NCBI RefSeq assembly: GCF_004010195.1 | Contig: NC_057719.1 | Location: 46,586,972-46,606,971, forward strand | Direction of reading: 5' to 3' | From: Chiloscyllium plagiosum | Taxonomy: Eukaryota | Length of the DNA stretch: 20,000 nt | Shown here: positions 11,678 through 20,000 of the stretch, in pieces | Numbering within the stretch: position 1 is the first letter of the stretch | Layout: every line of letters begins with the position of its first letter | The notes under the pieces: model-generated | Databases searched by the model: none | What the model was told of the DNA's origin: nothing | Seen by the model: only the letters and a program-made list of their open reading frames with translations | Made by a program: the position numbers and the translations under genes

Positions 11678-12941
11678 TTACTCCTCTATCATCCCAGCAC
11701 TTCATCCTTATCCATAGCAATGTTTGTTACAATTACTCAAGGTGTAACACATGTCCTTTTACATGTCCAAGGCCCCAAACACTCCATCTGGGTGAAGCAG
11801 AAAATTGCTTGTACATCTTTCAATCTAATTTACCATATTCATTGCTCACCATCTCTATGCTGGGGCGTCCAAACACAGACTGAGTGACTACTTTGTCAAA
11901 CACCTCTGACCTTCCAGTCACTTGATGTTTCAGTGCGCAATTTTGCTTTCTGTATGAAGTCTGATGCAGTGTTCCAGCACAGATCAAGGAATAAGGTCTC
12001 ATTTTCCAATCTGGCATGTTAGATACCTTAATTGGTTCATTTTTAAGTCCCTTCACCTCCAAACAAATATAACTCCATTATATCCAATCTCTCATCAGAA
12101 TTCTTCGCGAGAAAACTAATTTTTCCTCACTACCAGATCTATATTACATACTTAATTCATCTGTATCCCAAATGCACAGAGATAATTTTCGTGATTATTA
12201 AACAGTTGATTCTTGTATAATTCTTGTGCAGAAATGTTTGACATTCTCAGTCACCCATGTGACCACTTTAAAAAGTGCTAATGGACTATCTATTTCCTTT
12301 TGCACTATGGATGTTTGCACCTCGAATAGCAAAATGAAAATACTATACATAGATTTCTTACTGCCATAGCAGTTAGGTATTAGATATGTTCAGACCTCGC
12401 TGCTGTGCAATAGTTAGTTCATTTGCACATTTTCTCATTTGTACGTAGCCTGCAATCTGGCTCTGCCCTGGTTTTATGACAGGAACTTGACACATAGCTG
12501 CAAATCTCACCCAATGAAACCTGATCTTCTTTGTAAATGTTTTTTATTGACTGTTGAGTTTACTAGCTTACCTTATTCTAATAAATTTCTACATACAGGA
12601 TCTCCTATTTATTTTAATTTCCATTTCCCTTCCCATAGTCATTTGCCACCATTTCAATTATTCATGTTTACATTTCAATGTTTAATTGCAATCAAAAAAT
12701 GTGAATTAGCAATTTGCTATTCAGATGGAAATATGTTGCCTTATGTGAGTTTAATGCTCTCAGTAAAATAGTCTTTAAAAAGCTGCCAGCGAATCATGCT
12801 TGCTTCAGTCTCCGATGCCTTATGACCTGGTAGCCTCCTTTTCTCAATTCTGTGCCATTGCTGATTAAACGGGGCACTAGGAGGTGCCACAGAGCTATGT
12901 GGGTTCTTTTTTTCCCCTCACTCTGGAGAAGTATCTCATAC

Positions 12942-13121
12942 CTGTTTATATGAGCTGTCTCCCTATGTTGCTGAACAGAGATGGGCATGTTCTTGCACCT
13001 CACTGCTCCTTATATACACCACAGCATAATCACAAGCTGCTTTTAAAACAGCTTCATCTCTTGTTTCTCACGTTAACCGGATGCACCCAACCCTTTAAAG
13101 GCTAAATGTTTACTTTGCAAT
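12942..13121 (-). promoter_or_regulatory. Candidate TATA promoter with short non-coding first exon
   Basis: Minus-strand TATATAAG at 13016-13009, donor CAG|GTATGA at 12942/12941, and forkhead-type TGTTTACTTT at 13107-13116 overlapping TTGCAAT. Supported by motifs only. Confidence 0.3.
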
Positions 13122-13656
13122 ACCTGAAGACAGAGCTCTATATCTTTTTCAGAACTCTTTTCGACTTTCGCCACACAATGAAATGTTTGCCTTTCCCCAA
13201 CAGAGGAATAAATGCCTTTGTAAGTGATAAATGTTTAGAAAGCAAAATTGGGATTTCAATATTTCAAAACATAATTATCACTAATAGTGTATTTAGACTA
13301 AATGTCATCAATTGTGGTTGTCCCAGCAGTTTTCACATAATTATTTTACCAATGCTGACATTACATGGGGGGGTGAGGGGAGAGGTAGGGGTGATAACAA
13401 TATTGCAATCAGGCCCAGAATCTTAACCACAATAGTATCACACTCAATATTCAGAGACAGGCACACCCATAAACTGAGATCTGCACATGTCCTGACTTAA
13501 CAGATTCAGAAATAACATAGAATATTAATAGTAGTCCAAGCAACTTGAGCCTATTATACTCTCTTGATTTAGTGTGGTTTAGATAGCTGGCTACACAGAC
13601 CACATTGTGTTCTGTCTGTGAATTGTAACAGAATAGGATTCAGTGGCTCGACAATT

Positions 13657-13921
13657 ATAGAGTCATAGAGATGTACAGCATGGAAACAGACCCTTGGGTC
13701 CAACCCGTCCATACCGACCAGATATCCCAACCCAATCTAGTCCCACCTGCCAGCACCCGGCCCATATCCCTCCAAACCCTTCCTATTCATTAAATGTTGT
13801 AATTGCACCAGCCTCCAACACTCTCTCTAGCAACTCATTCCCTACACATACCACCCACTGCATGAAAACGTTGACCCTTAGATCCCTTTTAAATCTTTTG
13901 CCTCTTACCCTAAACCTATGC
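13657..13921 (-). mobile_element. CR1 subfamily 'A' 3' end (left piece of an interrupted copy)
   Basis: Tail and 3' UTR are near-identical to 2620-2760. Encodes HRFRVRGKRFKRDLRVNVFMQWVV..NELLE. Confidence 0.93.
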
Positions 13922-14008
13922 TCACATGGTGATGAAGGGCTTTTGCCCAAATGTTGATTTTCCTGCTTCGCGGATGCTACCTGACCAGCTGTGCTTTTCC
14001 AGCAAACA
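13922..14008 (+). mobile_element. Short Penelope pLTR fragment with decayed hammerhead
   Basis: TGATGAAGGGCTTTTGCCCAAATGTTGATTTTCCTG...GATGCTACCTGACCAGCTGTGCTTTTCCAGCAA aligns with 11587-11663. The core C and the G of GAAA are lost. Confidence 0.85.
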
Positions 14009-15293
14009 ACATAGAACCTTGAACTATACAGCACAGAAGAGGCCCTTCAGCCCTTGATGTTGCGCCTACCAGTGAACTAATCTAAGCCTATCCCCCTACA
14101 CTATCCCATTATCATCCATGTGTTTAAATCCCCCTAATGTGGCTGAGTTAACTACATTGGCAGGTAGGGCATTCTATGCCCTTACCACTCTCTGAGTAAA
14201 GAACCTGCCTCTGACATCTGTCTTAAATCTATCACCCCTCAATTTGTAGTTATGCCCCCTTGTACAAGCTGACGTCATCATCCTAGGAAAAAGACTTTCA
14301 CTGTCTACCCTATCTAATCCTCTGATCATCTTGTATGTCTCTATCAAATCCCCTTCTAGCCTTCTTCTTTCCAATGAGAATAGATCCAGTCTTTCAGCCT
14401 TTCCTCTTAAGATCTTCCATCTAGACCAGGCAACATCCTGGTAAATCTCCTCTGCACCTTTTCCAATGCTTCCACATCCTTCCTGTAATGGGCGACCAGA
14501 ACTGTATACAATATTCCAAGTGCGGCCGCACTAGCGTTTTGTATAGTTGCAGCATGACATTACGGCTCTGGAACTCAATCCTTCTCCCAGTAAGGATTAC
14601 CTTACTGTTTGCCTTCTTAACAACACTATCAACTTGGATGGTAACTTTCAGGGATCTATGTACATGGACTCCAAGATCCCTCTGCACATCCACATTACCA
14701 AGAATCTTGCCATTGACCCAGTATTCTGCAGTTTATCCAAGTCCCCCTGCAACCCGCAACATTCTTCCACACTGTCCACTACTCCACCAACTTTAGGGTC
14801 ATCTGCAAATTTACCAACCCATCCACCTATGCGTGTGTCCAAGTCATTTATAAAAATGACAAACAGCAGTGGTCCCAAAACAGATCCTTGAGGCACACCA
14901 CTAGTAACCGGACTCCAGGCTGAATATTTTCCATCAACCACCACTCGCTGCCTTCTCACAGAAAGCCAGTTTCTAATCCAAACTGCTAAATCACCCTCAA
15001 TCCCATGCCTCTGCATTTTCTCTAACAGCCTATCATGTGGAACCTTATCAAAAGCCTTACTGAAGTCCATGTACACCATGTCAACTGCCCTACCCTCATC
15101 CATATGCTTGGTCACCTTCTCAAAAAACTCAGTGGAGTTTGTGAGACATGACCTGCCCTTGACAAAACCATGTTGACTATCTGCAATCAAATTGTTGCTT
15201 GCCAGATTAGTGTAAATCCTTTATCTTATAATCCTTTCCAAAACTTTTCCTACAACAGAAGTAAGGCTCATTGGTCTATAATTACCTGGGTCA
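14009..15293 (-). mobile_element. 5'-truncated CR1 subfamily 'B' (RT remnant, 3' UTR, GTTCTAT-type tail)
   Basis: ORFs 14648-15190 (SQHGFVKGRSCLTN, YMDFSKAFDKVPH, SGVPQGSVLGPLLF, KFADD), 14421-14693 and 14174-14374 (TRGHNYKL..RFFTQRVV). Confidence 0.95.
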
Positions 15294-15299
15294 CTGTCG

Positions 15300-15998
15300 A
15301 CTCTAAACCTATGCCCTCTATTCCCCCACCCCAGGGAAAACACCTTGTCTATAAACCCTATCCATGTCCTTCATGATTTTATAAACCTCTATAAGGATAC
15401 CTGTCAGCCTCAGACACTCCAGAGAAAACAGTCTCAACCTATTCAGCCTCTCCCTGTATCTCAAGTCCTCTAACCCTGGCTACATCCTTATAAATCTTTT
15501 CTGAACCCTTTCAAGTTTCACAATATCTGTCTGATAGGAAGGTGACCAGAATTGCATGCAATATTCCAACAGTGGCCTAACCAGCATCCTGTACAGCCGC
15601 AATATGACTTCCCAACTCCTGTACTCCATACTCTGACCAGTAAAGGAAAGCATACTAAACACCTTCTTCACTATCCTAGCTACCTGTGACTACTTTCAAG
15701 GAGCTATGAACCTGCACTCTAAGGTCTCTTTGCTCAGCAACACTCCCCAGGACTTTACCATTAAGTGTATACGTCCTGCTTTGATTTCCCAAAATGTAGC
15801 ACCTCACATTTATCTGAATTAAACTCCATCTGCCACTCCTCGGCCCATTGGACCATCTGGTCAAGATCCTGTTGTAATCTGTGGTAACCTTCTTCGCTGC
15901 CCACTACACCTCCACTTTTGGTGTCATCTGCAAACTTACTAACCATATCTCCTATGTTCACTTCCAAATTATTTACATAAGTGACGAAAAGCAGTGGA
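15300..15998 (-). mobile_element. CR1 subfamily 'A' RT fragment (right piece, continuing 13657-13921)
   Basis: Encodes SKFADDTKSGG, WQMEFNSDKCEVLHFG and LVRPLLEYCMQFWSP. It resumes at CTAAACCTATGC, where the left piece stops. Confidence 0.92.
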
Positions 15999-16931
15999 TA
16001 AATTTGATCCTATCAGACATCAATCTTTCTGTTATGACTGTTCACTGAAGCACATCACAGCAGAAGTAAACTTATAAACTTATAAGTTTAAACTTCTGAA
16101 TTGGATGAGGGGGGAGTGAAGTACTAATATTTTATTTTACAATTAATGCAATATTTAACAACATGAAGGACAATTAGGTTCATTGATGTCATCTCCTATA
16201 GGGGGTGCTGCTGTCAGATCCTTCGTCCTTAAGCAGACTATTTGACCACTAACATGGTGCAAGTACATTAACATTATTGAGAAGTTCTTTTCCTCCGTCC
16301 CAATTTTCTGCCCTTGTCAGTCATGTCTGATCTTTATAATGACTTTTTCATTCCAGCATAGTTCGGAGCTTTATCCTCTGTAGCCCAAATTCCAGGCATG
16401 TTTAAGCAGAAAATCAGGGAAAAGGTCAAATAATTATTTTTCTTTAATTGGCTGACATTTTTACAAGGTACAGTACTAGAAAGCATTGGTTTACTTGTTG
16501 CAGACATTGCAAGCACAGCAACTCAACATTGATCCCCTGCACAACTTGTTTTGCATAGATATTTTGGGGGAGAGGAGTCAGAAATTTTATGTCCTATATT
16601 AAATCTAAAAATGATTTGATGAGATTTTATTTTCCTGCTTTGTTGTGCTCTGAGAAACATGCATTTTCCATTATTCTCTCTGTTGGATGTTTCCCCACAT
16701 AAAATACAAGTTGTGATTTATTTCATGGCATTGCATACTTCTGAGTGTCATGAAGTTCACCTTAAATGGTGCTTGGAAGCCACCCTCTTATGTTTACAGC
16801 AGTTTTCCTTGCAATTAACAATAGAAATTAGCAAAAGAAATTGCTGTTAGCAGACCATGACATAAATTGCTTGGGAGGCTCTCATCCTCCTGTAAAAACT
16901 CACATGTGATTTATTTTAAGATAATGATTTA

Positions 16932-17052
16932 AGTGTGTGTGTGAGTGCACATGTATGTATGTGTGTGTATCGGTGTGTGTGTGAATGTGTATGTGTGTAT
17001 CTGTGTGTGTGTATGTGTATGTGTGTATCTGTGTGTGTATGTGTGCGTGCGT
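16932..17052. repeat. Compound (TG)n/(TGTA) microsatellite
   Basis: TG-rich tract with TA/TC interruptions. It produces the HTHTH ORF 16916-17158. Confidence 0.92.
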
Positions 17053-17977
17053 ATAAAAAAACTCCATGATGGTTTACTCTGGAAATTTTTTTCTTAATGT
17101 AAGTTTGTAGCTCTTTCCCAATTGGAAGTAGTGCTTTATCCTCCACTGTCCACTTCAATTAACATAATGGCAACTTATGCAATCCTGTCACCACATTGCA
17201 GAAGTATGGAAGGTAAGATTGAGCACAGTTTAGCTATTCTGAAATGAAGTTTATTTGTTTTGTGTTATATTTCCATTTTCTGTAGTAATTGGTAGCTGGT
17301 AATAGCTCATGCATTCTGAGGTTTGAAACAGGTTTTCTGCATTTCCTATGATTTTGCCAAATCTTAACCACATTTAAATTTCTTTTGAATACAATGTGCC
17401 TCTTGCCAACAATGCAGTTGGGTTTGGCAAGCTTTGTTTCTTGAAAAATGAAGAAATTATAAAGATTAGTTTTCATCAAAAACATTTTAGTCTAAAGCCT
17501 GTTTTTTCTCAATGAACCATTGTGTCCTTCTGTCATTTTTCATTTGAGTTATACTTTAATTCAGTACAGACTGGGTAACCATGCTAACATCTCCAGTGTT
17601 TGACGGTGGCTCAGATCTTTCTCTTTATTGTGATGGTTTATACTCTAAATCAATCCAATACCACTTGTTCTCATACCCAAGCTATGTCAATAGTCAAAAG
17701 CTGAATCAGTTGTACAGGAAGTTGTACTGAAGGAAAAACCCAGTGTAGTTTTTTTTAACTGACCTCTCAAGAAAGTGCTGCCATAATTTGAACCAGCCAT
17801 GATCTCAAGGAGCGAAAAGGACTACACTGGCTCCTATGTCTTTAACCTTTATTAGTTAATCAAACGGAAGATATCAACATCAAATGGTTTCAGAAATGGA
17901 ATTGATTTGTTTTAATTTTGAAGTTGGCTGTTTTTCTTCAATTAATCAGAATTCAAAGTGAAATGCCAAGATCCAAG

Positions 17978-18228
17978 GTTAGAGTCATACAACATGGACA
18001 CAGACCGTTTGGTCCAACCCGCCCACACCGACCAGACAGGTCAATCTGACTGCGTCCCATTTGCCAGCAAATCCCTCCAAACCCATCCAGATGCCTTATA
18101 AATGTTGTAATTGTACCAGCCTCCACCACTTCCTCTGGCAGCTGATTCCATACATGTACCACCCTCTGTGTGAAACATTTATCTCTCAAGTCCTTTCTAA
18201 ATCTTTCCCCTCTCACCTTAAACCTACA
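17978..18228 (-). mobile_element. CR1 3'-end fragment
   Basis: Encodes RFKVRGERFRKDLRDKCFTQRVVHVWNQLPEEVVEAG, followed by a 3' UTR and TATGACTCT tail. Confidence 0.9.
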
Positions 18229-18745
18229 TAACGTACCTATAAGTGATCTGGAGAAAAATGGAGGTGGTCTGATTTGCAAGTTTGAGGATGACATCAAAAG
18301 TGGTGGAGTTGCAAATTGTGAGGGGTATTGTCAAAGCATCCAACAGGGATAAAGACAGATTGCAGATTTTGGAAGAGAAACGGCAGATAGAGTTTAACCA
18401 GACAAATGTGAGGTAATGCATTTTGGAAGATCAAGATTAGGCGCAAATTATACAATAAAAGTTTGGACCCTTAGGGACATTTAAGTACAGAGGGATCTGG
18501 GCACACAGATGCACAGCACTGTGAACGTGGCAACACAGCTGGCCAAGAAGGCAAACAGCACCATTGCCTCCATTGGCCAGGGCATTGAATATAAGAGTTA
18601 TTGTTATAGCTGTCAAAAACATTAGTTCGGCCAAATTTGGAATATTAAATGCATAAGGATGAGGATGCTTTGAAGAGGGTGTAGAAAATGTTAACCAGGA
18701 CATTACCTGTCTGGAGGGTTTCAGGTATGAGAAGGGGTTGGATAA
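18229..18745 (+). mobile_element. Decayed CR1 RT fragment in the opposite orientation
   Basis: Plus strand reads ISDL..LICKFEDDIKSGG, EFNQTNVR/CEVMHFG, QRDLGTQ, KTLVRPNLEY and YEKGLD. Interrupted at ~18745. Confidence 0.85.
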
Positions 18746-19533
18746 TATAACAAGATGGCAGCAGAGCAAGACGCTCCAGCCAGAGCTCCTCTGCTCCACC
18801 CGTTCTGCTGTTTTCGTTCCTTCTTTTTCTCCTTTTCAGGAATGGAGGAGCTAGTGAGCACAGGAGACCAATCATGGAGCAGTGGCAAGCCTGCGGGAGG
18901 GTAAGCAGTCCCGGATCAGTGGCTGGTAGGAGTAGCAACTCGCACGGGGAAGCAGTCCCGGAGTAGCAACTCGACGGGGAAGCAGTCCCAGAGTAGCGGC
19001 CGACACAGGGAAGCAGTCCCAGAGTAGCAACTCGCACGGGGAAGCAGTCCCAGAGTAGCAACTCGCACGGGGAAGCAGTCCCAGAGTAGCGGCCGACACA
19101 GGGAAGCAGTCCCGGAGTAGCAGCCGACACAGGGAAGCAGTCCCAGAGTAGCAGCCGATACGGGGAAGCAGTCCCGGAGTAGCAGCCGACACGGGGAAGC
19201 AGTCCCGGAGTAGCATCCGATATGGGGAAGCAGTCCCGGAGTAGCAGCCGACACGAGGAAGCAGTCCCGGAGTAGCAGCCGACACGGGGAAGCAGTCCCG
19301 GAGTAGCAGCCGATACGGGGAAGCAGTCCCGGAGTATCAGCCGGGACAGGGAAACAGTCCTGGAGTAGCAGACGGCATGGGGAACAGTCCCGGAGGAGCA
19401 GCCGACACGGGGAAGCAGTCCTGGAGTAGCAGCCGGTGTGGGGAAGCAGTCCTGGAGTAGTGGCCGGTGTGTGGTAGCAGACTCGGAGTAGCGGCCGGTG
19501 TGGGGAACGGTCCTGGAGTAGCAGCCGACACAG
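18746..19533 (+). mobile_element. Unclassified GC-rich interspersed element head with internal VNTR
   Basis: It abruptly interrupts the CR1 fragment and starts with CAAGATGGCAGC (18751), a YY1-like motif. A pyrimidine tract and the tandem array follow. CpG-rich compared with its surroundings. Confidence 0.55.
18930..19533. repeat. 31-bp minisatellite, ~19.5 units, consensus GAGTAGCAGCCGACACGGGGAAGCAGTCCCG
   Basis: Units counted by hand start at 18930, 18961, 18991, 19022, 19053, 19084 ... 19486, 19516. Three units are 30 bp. Confidence 0.97.
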
Positions 19534-20000
19534 CTGTTTTTCAGGATGTCCAAGAATGTAGGGAGGCTGTGGAGAAGGTAGCACTGACAGGGAATACTTG
19601 CGGACACAGAGATGGGTTCAAGTGTGTATACTTCAACGCAAGGAGTATCAGAAATAAGGTGGGTGAACTTAAGGTGTGGATCGGTACCTGGGACTACGAT
19701 GTTGGCCATCACGGAAACGTGGATAGAAGAGGGACAGGAATGGTTGTTGGAGGTTCCTGGTTACAGATGTTTCAGTAAGATTAGGGAGGGTGGTAAAAAA
19801 GGAGGGGGATGGCGTTGCTAATTAGAAATGGTATAACAGCTGCAGAAAGGCAGTTCGAGGGGGATCTGCCTTTGGAGGTAGTATGGGCTGAAGTCAGAAA
19901 TAGGAAAGGTGCAGTCACCTTGTTGGGTGTTTACTATAGGCCCCCAAATAGCAGCAGAGATGTGGAGAAACAGATGGGGAAACAGATTGTGGAAAGGTGC
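19531..20000 (+). mobile_element. CR1 LINE, start of ORF2 (APE endonuclease); continues beyond the window
   Basis: Encodes KCVYFNARSIRNKVGEL..YDV, AITETW, PGYRCFSKIREGGKKGGG, VVWAEV and LLGVYYRPPNS. Frameshifts near 19700 and 19805. Confidence 0.93.

Larger units (their letters stand above)
10921..12050 (+). mobile_element. Old Penelope-like element remnant: inverted 3'/pLTR part (~10921-11345, minus) joined to a GIY-YIG endonuclease region (~11350-12050, plus)
   Basis: Plus-strand frames give RCNTCPFT, QGPKHSIWVKQKIACTSFNLIYHIHCS, a decayed LY.G..KHRLSDYFVKHL and LIFQSG, which are Penelope GIY-YIG region motifs. 10921-11010 is similar to 2291-2388, and the minus strand near 11300-11338 reads LNIAFNSFR, like an ORF C-terminus. 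Confidence 0.75.

Noticed and set aside
16195..16210. CTCF-like CCTATAGGGGGTGCTG
   Set aside because: It has several mismatches to the core consensus and no independent support.
16916..17158. His/Thr-rich ORF
   Set aside because: It is the translation of the TG microsatellite.
18930..19533. CRISPR-like look (constant ~21-nt core with variable inserts)
   Set aside because: The variable parts are only ~10 nt, related to each other and repeated. There are no cas genes and the context is vertebrate. It is a minisatellite.
18645..19712. 355-aa, 222-aa and 137-aa Cys/Pro/Leu-rich minus-strand ORFs as real genes
   Set aside because: They are artefacts of a stop-free 31-bp repeat giving the same peptide in all frames, and they cross unrelated element boundaries.

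Overview
Eukaryotic, repeat-rich genomic DNA with no intact protein-coding gene that I can support. The repeat types (CR1/HER1-type LINEs with (CTCTATGA)n or (GTTCTAT)n-type tails, and Penelope-like elements with minimal hammerhead motifs) suggest a cartilaginous fish, probably a shark; this is an inference. About 60% of the window is nested, decayed retroelements. These include many CR1 pieces, one of them a TSD-flanked copy (2620-5169) with both ends but large internal deletions, an older non-LTR LINE, and four Penelope-derived segments. Almost all ORFs in the track are LINE remnants, their antisense frames, or repeat artefacts. The most notable structures are: (1) a young 234-bp fold-back Penelope insert with an intact hammerhead core and a 14-bp TSD (11444-11677); (2) a three-level CR1>Penelope>CR1 nest (13657-15998); (3) an unclassified element with a YY1-like start, an exon-like cassette and a 31-bp tandem array, abutting a CR1 endonuclease (18746-20000); (4) a candidate minus-strand TATA promoter with a short first exon (~12942-13121). 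I found no evidence of a wholly new biological system. Family assignments come from motif recognition, not database searches, and boundaries are approximate.
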